DNA of 49,607 nt from an uncultured archaeon. GTDB lineage: Archaea > Altiarchaeota > Altiarchaeia > IMC4 > SCGC-AAA252-I15. The number at the start of each line of letters is the position of its first letter. The first letter of the stretch is position 1. The translations under genes and the position numbers were made by a program. The DNA lies in NCBI GenBank assembly GCA_964587725.1, contig CAZPLO010000008.1:1-49607 (forward strand), read 5' to 3'. The notes beneath the pieces are model-generated. The model was not told the origin of the DNA. It saw only the letters and a list, made by a program, of their open reading frames with translations, and searched no databases. This document shows, piece after piece, positions 35,763-45,414 of this stretch.

Positions 35763-37097
35763 TCACGCGGGCACCTCGAAGTCCGGGTACGCCGTCAAAC
35801 CGTGTTCGACTATGTCCAACCCCATAATCTCCTCCTGCTGGTTCACACGCAACCCTATGGCCGCGTCTATCGCGCGGAACATTAACGTCGCCGCCGCGAA
35901 CACGAACGCGAACACCGAGACGACGCCGACCGCCTGCGACAGCAGCTGCGCCGCCCCGCCTCCGAACAAGAGGCCGCTGACTCCGCCGTACGCTTCCTCC
36001 GCGAACAACCCCACCGCCAGGGTCCCCCATGCGCCGCATACGCCGTGCACGCTTATGGCGCCGACGGGGTCGTCCACCTTCAGCGTGCGGTCGAAGAATT
36101 CGACCGCGTAGACTACGATGACGCCCGCTAAGCCGCCGATGACTATGGCGCTCAACGGGCTTACGGATGCGCAGCCCGCTGTTATGCCGACGAGGCCTGC
36201 GAGGAACCCGTTTATGGTCATGCTGATGTCCGGTTTCCCCAGCGTCAGCCAGGTGACGGTCATCGCGGTTATGGCGCCGGAGGCTGCGGCGAGGTTGGTT
36301 GTCACCGCTATAACGGCTATGTCCAGGTTTGTGCCTTGGACGGTGCTGCCGGCGTTGAATCCGAACCACCCGAACCAGAGTATGAACCCGCCCAACGCCG
36401 CCAGTGATATGTTGTGTCCCGGTATCACGTTTACTCTGCCGTTCAGGTACTTCCCTACTCTGGGGCCGAGTGTTATGGCTCCCGCCAGCGCAGCCCATCC
36501 CCCGACGCTGTGGACGACGGTGGAGCCTGCGAAGTCTATCAATGGGTTGTTTCCCAGGAAACCGAGGAGTTCGCCGTTGGAGAGCCATCCGCCGCCCCAA
36601 ATCCAGTGTCCGACGACCGGGTAGATTGCTATGGAGATTATGAAGCTGTATGCGAGGTAGGATATGAATTTCGTGCGCTCAGCCATGGCGCCGGAGACGA
36701 TGGTTGCGGCGGTGGCTGCGAACACCACCTGGAACAGCCAGAACGCGTAGGCTGGGACGGTCCCCCACATGGTGTCTTTCGCTATGCCTTCAAGGAGGAA
36801 GTATTCGGTTCCGAAGAACAGGTTTCCTGCGCCGAACATGATGCCGAACCCGGCTATGTAGTATGCTATGCTGCCGGCTGCGAAGTCCATGATGTTTTTC
36901 ATTAGTATGTTGCAGGTGTTTTTCGCGCGGGTGAATCCCGCCTCCACCATGGCGAACCCCGGCTGCATGAAGAACACCAGCACCGCCGCCAGCAGAGTCC
37001 ACACCGTGTCTATGGCTTCGGCGTTCGATTCCGCAGACTGCGCCGCCGCGTTCGGCAGCAGCAACAGAGCAAACACTAACCATGCCGTTTTCCTCAT
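35763..37097 (-). CDS. amt: Ammonium transporter
   Basis: 'FFMQPGFAMVEAG', 'SGAMAER', 'DFAGSTVVH', 'WFGWFGFNAGS', 'DDPVGAISVHG'. Confidence 0.95.
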   Translation of the reverse strand: MRKTAWLVFALLLLPNAAAQSAESNAEAIDTVWTLLAAVLVFFMQPGFAMVEAGFTRAKNTCNILMKNIMDFAAGSIAYYIAGFGIMFGAGNLFFGTEYFLLEGIAKDTMWGTVPAYAFWLFQVVFAATAATIVSGAMAERTKFISYLAYSFIISIAIYPVVGHWIWGGGWLSNGELLGFLGNNPLIDFAGSTVVHSVGGWAALAGAITLGPRVGKYLNGRVNVIPGHNISLAALGGFILWFGWFGFNAGSTVQGTNLDIAVIAVTTNLAAASGAITAMTVTWLTLGKPDISMTINGFLAGLVGITAGCASVSPLSAIVIGGLAGVIVVYAVEFFDRTLKVDDPVGAISVHGVCGAWGTLAVGLFAEEAYGGVSGLLFGGGAAQLLSQAVGVVSVFAFVFAAATLMFRAIDAAIGLRVNQQEEIMGLDIVEHGLTAYPDFEVPA

Positions 37098-37223
37098 TTT
37101 CCGCCTCGTTTTTTGATGAAAAATTTACTGCTTGAGTACTATTGTTGCATAATCCTATAAATACTTACCTATTATTTGGTGATTTGTTCAAAATGAATCG
37201 GTTTTAATGTTCCTTCCTGTAAC

Positions 37224-37271
37224 TGAAAAATTCCAACATATTAATGAAAAATCATGGATATGCTGGAATTT
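37224..37271. promoter_or_regulatory. Dispersed 39-bp element copy 2, overlapping a 14-bp inverted repeat
   Basis: aaattccaacatat (37228-37241) / atatgctggaattt (37258-37271), 13/14; inner atga-aaaa-tcat. Confidence 0.55.
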
Positions 37272-37307
37272 CCCTGATTTTAATCTGCCGCCGTAATGTA
37301 GTATACC

Positions 37308-37742
37308 GTGAAAGCCCACCACGTAACCGTCACAGCATACGCCAGCCCCGGAGACGTCGAAGAACTTAGGGGGACGCTGGAGGAGCTTCTGCCGGAAGAC
37401 ACCGAAGTCGAAGAGAACACGCTGGAGCCTGAAGAGGAAGGCGGCGTCTTCACCCAAGAACTCATAGAGTTGAAGGCTGTGGTGAAAAAACAGAAGAGGA
37501 TAAGGGAGTTCACGGAGAAGGTGCTCGGCAGCCTGGACGAATACGACCGGCGGCTGGCGGAGGAGATTGAATCCTGCGTGGACGACAGCTGCAACCTGTA
37601 CCTGCGGCTGAGCAAACAGGAGGCCGCAGACGGGAACGTCGTGTTGGAGTCGAAGGACCCCATACACGTCCGGTTCAAGATAGCCGCGTACCCCGCGAAG
37701 AAGGAGAACGCGTTGAAGGTGGTGGAGGAGCTGCTGAAATGA
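37308..37742 (+). CDS. RNA-binding domain protein (DUF54/COG1325-like)
   Basis: 'LYLRLSKQEA..G...L...DPIHVRFKIAAYPAKKE'; typical position before rnp3. Confidence 0.75.
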   Translation: MKAHHVTVTAYASPGDVEELRGTLEELLPEDTEVEENTLEPEEEGGVFTQELIELKAVVKKQKRIREFTEKVLGSLDEYDRRLAEEIESCVDDSCNLYLRLSKQEAADGNVVLESKDPIHVRFKIAAYPAKKENALKVVEELLK

Positions 37743-38422
37743 AATGCCACAACCTCTGCACGGCGGCGGGGTCTGTTGAAATGTGCAGGCGGCTCGGATG
37801 GGACACCATATGCTCGTCGCATGGAGGGGACATGGGATGTGCCGTGGTGTCCGGCAGGGTGAGGAAGAACGCCCGCAAGGCATTGGACGGGGGAGCCGAC
37901 ATCATAGTGGCGGACGGCAGACTGGAGAAGGATGCGCGGGAGGCGTCTGAAACATGGGAGGTGGACTTGATAGCCGACCCGGAGTTGAACGCCGACCGCG
38001 ACCCGGTGAACCAGTGGAGCGGCGGACTCGACCACATAATGTGCTCGTTCATGAACGAAAGGGGCATCGGGTACTGCGTGAACGCGGACAACATACTGGA
38101 CGCCGGAGGCAGGGACAGGGTGCGGGTGCTGGGCAGGATAACCCAGAACATCCGCCTCTGCAAAAAATACAAGGTGAAGGTGGTGTTCGCGTGCGGGACG
38201 CGGTCGAAGTGGAACGTGCGAAGCCCCCACGACCTCATGGAGATAGCTAAGCTGACAGGATTAAGTTCTTCGGACGCCCGTAAGACCGTGTCCAAGAACC
38301 CGCAATTCTTCATAGACAAGGCCGTGAAGAGGAACGACCCCGACGTGCTGTTGAAGGGCCTGGAGGTCGTCGACTGGGGCAGCCAGAAGAAGAAACCCAA
38401 CAGGAGATACGGGTGGTATTAG
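37739..38422 (+). CDS. rnp3: Ribonuclease P protein component 3 (Rpp30)
   Basis: 'REASE..EVDLI..PE', 'SGGLDHIM', 'NIRLCKKYKV', 'VRSPHDL', 'NP'. Confidence 0.82.
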   Translation: MKCHNLCTAAGSVEMCRRLGWDTICSSHGGDMGCAVVSGRVRKNARKALDGGADIIVADGRLEKDAREASETWEVDLIADPELNADRDPVNQWSGGLDHIMCSFMNERGIGYCVNADNILDAGGRDRVRVLGRITQNIRLCKKYKVKVVFACGTRSKWNVRSPHDLMEIAKLTGLSSSDARKTVSKNPQFFIDKAVKRNDPDVLLKGLEVVDWGSQKKKPNRRYGWY

Positions 38423-39024
38423 TGCTGTATCTGCTGCTGCTAGGGTTCATAGTGGGGTTGAGCGGGGCGTTGATTCCGGGGCCGCTGCTGGTGTACACGA
38501 TAGCGGAGTCGCTGCGGAAGGGGTGGAAGACGGGGTTCTACGTTATAGTCGGCCACGCCATCGTTGAAATACTGATTATGCTGCTGTTGCTGGCGGGAGT
38601 CAGCGCATTGATGACTTCTGAACTGTTCGTGAAGGCGGTGAGTCTGTTGGGGGGCGCGTTCATGCTCTACACGGCATATGGGCTGGTGAGGAGCAGGTGG
38701 ACTCTGCAGGGGAGGAAGGCGGTGACATATGGGACGGTGACGGGCGGGATACTGTTCACTGCGTTGAACCCCAGCTTCCCGGTGTGGTGGGCGACTGCGG
38801 GAACACGACTGCTGCTGGAGGGCGTGAAAACAGCCGGGTTGACTGGGGCGTTGCTCGTGTTCATAGGACACTGGGGAGCCGACTTCGGATGGTTCATGCT
38901 CGTGTCCTCTATGGTGGCGAAAGGCAGGGAACGAGTGCTGAAGAAGTACGTGAACGTGCTGAAGAATGTGCTGGCGGTGTTCCTCGCCCTGATAGGAGCA
39001 TACTTCATCTGGTCCGGAGTCTAG
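38413..39024 (+). CDS. LysE-family translocator
   Basis: 'GLSGALIPGPL', 'GHAIVE', 'LNPSF.VWW', 'GHWGADFGW'. Confidence 0.88.
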   Translation: MVLVLYLLLLGFIVGLSGALIPGPLLVYTIAESLRKGWKTGFYVIVGHAIVEILIMLLLLAGVSALMTSELFVKAVSLLGGAFMLYTAYGLVRSRWTLQGRKAVTYGTVTGGILFTALNPSFPVWWATAGTRLLLEGVKTAGLTGALLVFIGHWGADFGWFMLVSSMVAKGRERVLKKYVNVLKNVLAVFLALIGAYFIWSGV

Positions 39025-39721
39025 GCTTCGGCAGGTCTCCTACCCCCACAAAGTCCATGGATTTCAGGACTGTTCCATGCGGCTCCTCCACCACGCCACG
39101 TCTGCTGGACGCCTGAACGACCTTCGTTATCCCGCCGTCTTTGACCTCGGAGACTACGCCGACGTGCGTCGGCTCGTTGGACTTCAATGGCCCGGGGTTC
39201 TTCGGCTTCCAGTACACGGCCATGCCTCCCCGGGGCTCCACCTTCCCTGCTTCGACCTCCTCAGCGCTCCAGTACACGCTGTTGGCTGTCTGCCAGTCCC
39301 GGAGGTTCTGCAGCCTCCGTGTGAAGTATTCGTTGTCTGGGCGGTTGTTGAAGGAGGTTCCACGCAGCCAGTCCGCGAGAAGCTTCAAATGTCTGACACC
39401 CCACCTCCAGCGGACGTCTGTCCTAGAGTATACGTCGTATGCGTGGCCGCCCAAGCCGTTGAAGTGGCCTTCCATCTCTTCCGAGACGGGGTAGCCGGCT
39501 TTCTCCGCAGCCCACACGTAGGTGTCGGTGCAGACTATGCTGTCTTTGCCATAGGTCATGCCCTGGAATGAACGAGCATGCTCCACCATCTTACCCCTTA
39601 TGTCCGACAGCTCGCGTTGCCATTGCTCATCAGCCTTCCTGGCCTCCTCGCTCACGGGGTTGGTCACGTCCTCCCGCTGACGCCCCCTACGTTTTCCGCC
39701 GCCCTGCACGTGCTTTGACAT
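39005..39721 (-). CDS. NlpC/P60-like (DUF1287-like) papain-fold protein
   Basis: 'ARSFQGMTY...IVCTDTY..A.EKAG', 'RRLQNL', 'AVYW', 'THVGVVS', 'VVQASS..GV'. Confidence 0.6.
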   Translation of the reverse strand: MSKHVQGGGKRRGRQREDVTNPVSEEARKADEQWQRELSDIRGKMVEHARSFQGMTYGKDSIVCTDTYVWAAEKAGYPVSEEMEGHFNGLGGHAYDVYSRTDVRWRWGVRHLKLLADWLRGTSFNNRPDNEYFTRRLQNLRDWQTANSVYWSAEEVEAGKVEPRGGMAVYWKPKNPGPLKSNEPTHVGVVSEVKDGGITKVVQASSRRGVVEEPHGTVLKSMDFVGVGDLPKPRLRTR

Positions 39722-39751
39722 ATTATATTTCAGGAAGATGTGGGATAAATG

Positions 39752-40207
39752 CTATCGTATCAGGTATTCGAGCGCTATTTCGTCGCAGTCGGGGTATTTG
39801 GGGCACTGGATGCATTCGCCCCAGATTTTCATCGGCAACTGCTCTTTGGGTATCTCGTTGAAGCCGTTCTTTTTGAAGAACTCGGTCTCCAGGGTCAGCG
39901 TGAACACCCTCGGTATGCCCATCGACGCCGCCTCTCCTATGGCGGCTTCCAGCAGGGTTTTGCCGACGCCCTTTCCCGCGTGTCGTGGGTCGACGGCTAG
40001 GCTCTTCACCTCGGCGAGGTCCTTCCATGTTACGTGGAGCGCGCAGCAGCCTATGACCCGCCCGTCTTCGCGGACAACAGAGTATTCGCGGATGTGCTCG
40101 TACAAGTAGCTTAGGCTCCGGGACAGCATCCTGTTCTGTTTGGAGTAGAATTCTATGAGGTCGCGTATCACCCCCACGTCCCCTATACGGGCCTTCTCCA
40201 CGTTCAT
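39752..40207 (-). CDS. GNAT N-acetyltransferase (short ArgA-like)
   Basis: 'IGCCALHV.W.DLAEVKSLAV', 'GKGVG..L', 'VFTLT...EFF', 'KIWGEC..C'. Confidence 0.85.
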   Translation of the reverse strand: MNVEKARIGDVGVIRDLIEFYSKQNRMLSRSLSYLYEHIREYSVVREDGRVIGCCALHVTWKDLAEVKSLAVDPRHAGKGVGKTLLEAAIGEAASMGIPRVFTLTLETEFFKKNGFNEIPKEQLPMKIWGECIQCPKYPDCDEIALEYLIR

Positions 40208-40261
40208 GTCCTTAACACTAAGCAGGGCCGGTTATTAAATAACCGGAACCATATTTCACAG

Positions 40262-41458
40262 ATGCGGAATCCGTTGAAGGGGCTGAACCGGAACGTGGTG
40301 TTGCTCGGCGTAGTCAGCTTCCTCACGGACGTCAGCAGCGAGATGATTTTCCCTTTGATTCCGGTGTTCCTCACGTCGGTGCTGGGCGCTCCCGTCGCCG
40401 TCGTCGGACTGATTGAGGGTGTGGCGGAGTCGACGGCGAACATCTTCAAGATGGTGTCCGGCGTCTACAGCGACAAGATCAGGAGACGTAAGCCGTTCGT
40501 GTTCTGGGGTTACACGTTCTCCAGCGTCACGAAGCCGCTGTTCGCTTTGGCGACGGTGTGGCCTCATGTGCTGGTGATACGGTTCCTCGACCGCGTGGGC
40601 AAGGGCCTGCGGGGTGCGGCACGGGACGTGATGATAGCCGATTTCACGACCGAGAAAAACAGGGGGCGGGCCTACGGGTTCAGGAAGAGCATGGACCAGG
40701 TTGGGGCGACGCTGGGGCCGTTCATCGCCTTCCTGCTGCTGCCGGTGCTGACCTCGCAGTTCGAGTTGGGGGCGGCGTACAGGATACTGTTCGCCGTCAG
40801 CATCATACCGGCGTCGCTCGCAGTCATCACATTGTTTTTCGTCCGGGAGAAGGCGGAGGCGTCGAAGGTGGAGAAAAAATGGAGCCTCGACTTCGGGTCT
40901 ATGAGCCGCGCCTACAAGGTTAACCTGCTGGTGGCTGGATTGTTTTTCACGGGCGTGTTCAACTACGCCTTCCTTGTTTTGCGGGCGCAGGATTTGATGA
41001 TGCCGCTGGCTTGGATACCGCTGGCGTACGTCTTCTACAACCTCGTGTACGGGGCGTTCGCGGTGCCCGCCGGCATGCTGTCCGACCGCCTTGGCAGGCG
41101 GAGGGTGATTATCGTATCGTATCTGTTGTTTGCGGTGTCGGCTTTGGGGATGGGGTTGGTCGGCAGCTACTGGCTGCTCCTGGTATTCTTCGCAACATAC
41201 GGAGTGTATATGGCATTTATTGAGACCAGCCAGCGCTCGTATATTGCTGGTTTGGCTGAACCGAGCAGGAGGGGGACTGCGTTGGGATTGTACCAGGGGG
41301 CGGCCGGGTTCGCCGCCCTCCCAGCAGGCATAATAGCCGGTGTCCTCTGGGACGTCACGTACATGGGGGTGCGGGCGACGTTCCTGTACAGTACGGCAGC
41401 ATCATTGGCGGCGGTGATACTGTTCGCAGGGTTGTGCATAAGAGGATGTAGTGCCTAA
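40262..41458 (+). CDS. MFS transporter
   Basis: 'SFLTDVSSEMI', 'SDKIRRRK', 'RFLDRVGKGLRGAARD', 'SDRLGRR'. Confidence 0.92.
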   Translation: MRNPLKGLNRNVVLLGVVSFLTDVSSEMIFPLIPVFLTSVLGAPVAVVGLIEGVAESTANIFKMVSGVYSDKIRRRKPFVFWGYTFSSVTKPLFALATVWPHVLVIRFLDRVGKGLRGAARDVMIADFTTEKNRGRAYGFRKSMDQVGATLGPFIAFLLLPVLTSQFELGAAYRILFAVSIIPASLAVITLFFVREKAEASKVEKKWSLDFGSMSRAYKVNLLVAGLFFTGVFNYAFLVLRAQDLMMPLAWIPLAYVFYNLVYGAFAVPAGMLSDRLGRRRVIIVSYLLFAVSALGMGLVGSYWLLLVFFATYGVYMAFIETSQRSYIAGLAEPSRRGTALGLYQGAAGFAALPAGIIAGVLWDVTYMGVRATFLYSTAASLAAVILFAGLCIRGCSA

Positions 41459-41494
41459 CTCTTTTTTTAGTTTCTTAACACCCATTTTTAACCG

Positions 41495-41995
41495 ATGAAC
41501 GTCACATTAATCGGCATGGCGGGCGTGGGTAAGAGTTTCGTCGGCCGGCGGCTGGCGGAGCGGCTTGGATGCATGTTCATTGATACGGACGAGCTGATGG
41601 AGGAGCGGGCTGGGAAGAGCATCCAGGAGTTGTTGGACGAGCGCGGCGACGACGGATTCACCCGGCTGGAGGAGGAGACCATACTGGGGTTGAAGATGGA
41701 GGGTGCTGTGGTGGCGCCCGGCGGCAGCATAATCTACTCGGAACATGCGATGAGATATCTGAAGGACAACTCCACGGTGGTTTATCTGGCGGATTCGGTG
41801 GAGAATGTGGTTCAGAGAATCAATGCGGAGGGCAGGGGCCTGGTGGGCCTAGACAGGTTCGGAGGTGACGTGGAGAGGCTTTTCATGGAGCGGCTGCCGC
41901 TGTATGAGAAATGGGCCGACGTTGCGGTGGACAGGACGGGGTCGTCGGATGATGAGCTGGTGGATGCGGTGGTCAGCCGGCTTCCTCGCCGTTGA
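41495..41995 (+). CDS. aroK: Shikimate kinase, bacterial AroK (NMP-kinase fold) type
   Basis: 'LIGMAGVGKSFVG', 'FIDTD', 'F..LEE', 'APGGS', 'RLPLYEKWAD'. Confidence 0.82.
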   Translation: MNVTLIGMAGVGKSFVGRRLAERLGCMFIDTDELMEERAGKSIQELLDERGDDGFTRLEEETILGLKMEGAVVAPGGSIIYSEHAMRYLKDNSTVVYLADSVENVVQRINAEGRGLVGLDRFGGDVERLFMERLPLYEKWADVAVDRTGSSDDELVDAVVSRLPRR

Positions 41996-44900
41996 AGCGG
42001 ACGCCGACTATCTGGCTTACGCCCTGCACCATCGACACCCCGATTGCGGAATCCATGTATTTGAGCATCTGGTTGTTGTGGGTGACCATCAGGAACTGGC
42101 TGGTGCTGTTGGCGAGCATCTCCGCCAGACGCACCGAATTGCGCTTGTCCAGTGCGGCGTCGAGTTCGTCGACTATGTAGAAGTATGACGGCTTATACTG
42201 CTGCAGCGCCAGCAGGAAGGCGGAGGACGTCAGCACCTTCTCGCCGCCGCTCATCGCATCCAGCGACATCAGCTTCTTCCCGCCCGGCGACGCGTTGATG
42301 TTCAAGCCGCTCTCGCTGATGTTCATGGGGTTGTCGAGTATCAATGTGCCCTTCCCGTCCGACAGTTCCGCGAAGATGCGTTCGAAGCTCTCCTTCACCT
42401 TGTCGAACGCCTCCATGAACGTGACCCTCTTCTTCGACTCTATCTTGTCCATGAAGTCGAATATGCTCTGGCGCTCGCTCTTCAGCGTCTCCAGCTTCTC
42501 CATGATGTCGTCGTACTCCTTCTTGATGACGTCGTATGTTTCTATGGAGCGCATGTTCACGGACCCGAATTCCGTGAGCATCCCCTCCAGCTTCTCCGCC
42601 AGGTCGGTCAAATCATTCACGGACTTGTCCAACAGTTCCACGCCCTCGTATTTCCCGTACTCCCTGTACAGGTCTTCGAGGCGGGTGACTATCTTGGTCT
42701 TCTCTATCACGTACTCGTTGAGTTTCTCCGTCACCCCCTCCATCCCATGCTCCACCTCCCCTATGGTGGCCGACAGACGTTCAATCTCCTGCTCGATCTT
42801 CTCCCGTTCCGCCACCAGATTCTCTATTTCACCGCCGACGGTGTCCCGGGCCTTCTCCATGTTCTCGAGGCCTGACTCCAGCTCCCGCACCTTGCCGGCG
42901 AGCGCCTTCACCTCCACCTGCAGCTTCTGCTTCTGCGTTGAAATATCGTCGAGGCGCGACCTGATTTCCTTACCCTGCTGTGAGGTGAACGCCAGCTTCT
43001 CCTCCAATTTGGTCTTCTCCACCTCCAGGTCGCGCAGCTCATCCTTCAGGCCGTCCAGTTTGGTGGCTTCTTTTCCGCCGCGTTTCTCCGCCAGGTTCTT
43101 GAGTTTCTTCTCGCCCGCGTTCAAGGCCTTCTCCAGCTTGGTGGCTTCGACCTTGTTTTTCTGCACCTCCTCCTCCACGCCGGAGATTTCATCCACCACC
43201 TTGTTAAGCAGGTCTCGGAGGCTGGTGCGGCGTTCGGTCACCAGATTCTTTTCAAAGTTTAGGTTGTCGAGCTCCTCCTTGCTCTTCCGCAGCCGCTCCC
43301 TCAGCGTCATCAATGTGGAGTCCAGCTTCTTACGTTCGCCAAGCCGCTCCTCGTACTTCCTCTTCAGGGATTCGACGCTGGACTCCAGAACCTTAATCTC
43401 AGCCTCGACTTCGTCGACGTTGCTGAACGTTATCTCGTATTTTTCGGGCATGTGGCCGCCGGTCATCGCACCAGACGTCTCCAGTAGGTCGCCGTCCAAC
43501 GTCACCATCCGCCACGAGCCCACCCCGATTTCCTTCGCGGTCTTGATGTCCTTCACCAGTATGGTGTCGCCGAACACGTACTCGAAGACTTTGCTGAACT
43601 TCCCCGACGACCCTATGAAGTCACGGGCGAACCCTATCGCCTGCTTAGGCAGCTTACCGGACGTCCTCGGCTTCAGCTTGTCCAGCGGCAGGAACGTGCA
43701 CCTGCCGATTTTCTTCTTCCGCAGGTAGTCCATGCACTTCGCCGCATCGTCGACCTTTGAAACGACCACGTACTGCATGCGGCCTCCGGCCGCGACCTGA
43801 AGGGGGAGGTTGTATCTTTTGTCCGACACCTCCCCTAGCTGGAACACTGGGCCGTGTATGCCGGGTATCACCTTCTTCAACCCCATCACCGCCTTGACTG
43901 CCTGGTGGAGGCCGCCGGACGCCCTCATCATCGTCTCCAATTCGCTCTGCCGTCTGCTCAACAGTATCCTCTGCTCCTCCAGCCTCTCCTGTATCTCGGC
44001 GGCGGCGGCGTTCGCTGATGAGTAATTGTCCTCGAATTTCTTGAAGTCCTGCAGAGACTTGTCGTATTCTTTCCGGAGCCGCTCCACCTCCCGGATTTTG
44101 TTCTGCTCCTCAGTCACCAAATCCTTTATCCTGCCCTCCAGCCCCCCCCGCTCGTTTTCCAGCTCCTTAAGCTCCTGCTCGCGGCGGCCGTTGACTTCCC
44201 GGAGGGCTTTCACGTTCGACCGCGTCTCGTAGATGGTGTTTTTCACCTGGTCGAACTCCGTCTCCAACGCCGGGTCCACCGCCTTCTCCGCCTCAGACTC
44301 CACCTGCTTCTCCAGCGTCTTCTCCCGGACCCCGTATTCCCCCAGGCGGGTTCGGGCCTCGCGCTCCTCCGCATTCAGGGAATCGAGGCGTCCCTTATGC
44401 TCGGACTCCTCCCGCTCCAAGACTGTCAACTGGTCTTCAAGCATGCTGGAGCGGTCTTCGTAACGCAGTATTTCACCGCGGACTTCCGTGATTTTGGTGC
44501 CGCGTTTCTCCTCCTCCAGCTTCAGTATGTCGGAGTTTATCTCCTTCATGCGGGAGTTGTTCTCCCTCACCCCCTCCTTGGCCTCCGCTATTTTGGCGAG
44601 GCTGTCCTCCTTGCCCTTCTTTATGTTCTCGGACTCCTCGTCTATCTTCTCGCTGCGCCGCTCCATGCTCTGGATTTCCTTGTTGAGCAGCGTGGCCCTG
44701 CAGCTGCGGAGTTCGTCCCGCACGTTAACGTAGCGCATGGCCTCGTCGCGTTCCTTCCGCAGCTCGTTCAGGTACCCGCGTTTCTCCCCGAGTATGATGT
44801 GGGTCTGGGATATGCGTTCCTCCACCTTCTCCAGCTCCCGCAGCGCCTTCTCCTTTTTGTCGTCGTATTCGCCTATGCCGCAGAGGTCGTCTATTATCTT

Positions 44901-45335
44901 CCGCCTGTCCCGGGGCTTCATCTCCACGACCTTGGTTATGTCGTCCTGGAGGATGATGTTGTATTCGCTGTCCCCCACCAACTCTATGATGCGCTGGCGG
45001 GTGGTTTTCTTGTCGTTGAGTTTGTAGATGCTATTGCCCTGAGTGTCCACAATCCTGGATATCTTGTGTCTGGCGCCGTCGGCGTCGGTCAATGTCAAAG
45101 CCACCACCGCCTTGCTGGCGGGCTGGCCTCCGACGCCGCCGTTGAAAATCAGCTCCTGCAGGTTGGCGGCGCGCAGGCCCCTGGATTTGCCGAGGACGAA
45201 GCAGATGGCTTCGGTGATGTTGCTTTTGCCGGAGCCGTTGGGGCCCACTACCCCCATGTATTTGTCGGGGAACTCGAGAACTGTCTTGTCTCTGAACGAC
45301 TTGAAGCCCTTCAGTTCCAGACGGGTCAACCGCAT
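41973..45335 (-). CDS. smc: Chromosome segregation protein SMC
   Basis: 'GFKSF', Walker A GPNGSGKS, coiled coils, hinge 'GRCTFLPL...VTLDG...SGAMTGG', signature MSGGEK, 'DELDAALD'. Confidence 0.95.
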   Translation of the reverse strand: MRLTRLELKGFKSFRDKTVLEFPDKYMGVVGPNGSGKSNITEAICFVLGKSRGLRAANLQELIFNGGVGGQPASKAVVALTLTDADGARHKISRIVDTQGNSIYKLNDKKTTRQRIIELVGDSEYNIILQDDITKVVEMKPRDRRKIIDDLCGIGEYDDKKEKALRELEKVEERISQTHIILGEKRGYLNELRKERDEAMRYVNVRDELRSCRATLLNKEIQSMERRSEKIDEESENIKKGKEDSLAKIAEAKEGVRENNSRMKEINSDILKLEEEKRGTKITEVRGEILRYEDRSSMLEDQLTVLEREESEHKGRLDSLNAEEREARTRLGEYGVREKTLEKQVESEAEKAVDPALETEFDQVKNTIYETRSNVKALREVNGRREQELKELENERGGLEGRIKDLVTEEQNKIREVERLRKEYDKSLQDFKKFEDNYSSANAAAAEIQERLEEQRILLSRRQSELETMMRASGGLHQAVKAVMGLKKVIPGIHGPVFQLGEVSDKRYNLPLQVAAGGRMQYVVVSKVDDAAKCMDYLRKKKIGRCTFLPLDKLKPRTSGKLPKQAIGFARDFIGSSGKFSKVFEYVFGDTILVKDIKTAKEIGVGSWRMVTLDGDLLETSGAMTGGHMPEKYEITFSNVDEVEAEIKVLESSVESLKRKYEERLGERKKLDSTLMTLRERLRKSKEELDNLNFEKNLVTERRTSLRDLLNKVVDEISGVEEEVQKNKVEATKLEKALNAGEKKLKNLAEKRGGKEATKLDGLKDELRDLEVEKTKLEEKLAFTSQQGKEIRSRLDDISTQKQKLQVEVKALAGKVRELESGLENMEKARDTVGGEIENLVAEREKIEQEIERLSATIGEVEHGMEGVTEKLNEYVIEKTKIVTRLEDLYREYGKYEGVELLDKSVNDLTDLAEKLEGMLTEFGSVNMRSIETYDVIKKEYDDIMEKLETLKSERQSIFDFMDKIESKKRVTFMEAFDKVKESFERIFAELSDGKGTLILDNPMNISESGLNINASPGGKKLMSLDAMSGGEKVLTSSAFLLALQQYKPSYFYIVDELDAALDKRNSVRLAEMLANSTSQFLMVTHNNQMLKYMDSAIGVSMVQGVSQIVGVRFNGEEAG

Positions 45336-45414
45336 ATTATTTAGTCCTCCTGAAATTATCCGATGCCAGCCAACCCTCCCGTATTAATTAGATGTGGGGG
45401 TTTAAAATTAAACC

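Noticed and set aside
42295-45344. Long + strand ORFs (477 aa, 315 aa)
   Set aside because: Antisense shadows of smc, Ser/Phe/Leu-rich from complementary coiled-coil codons.
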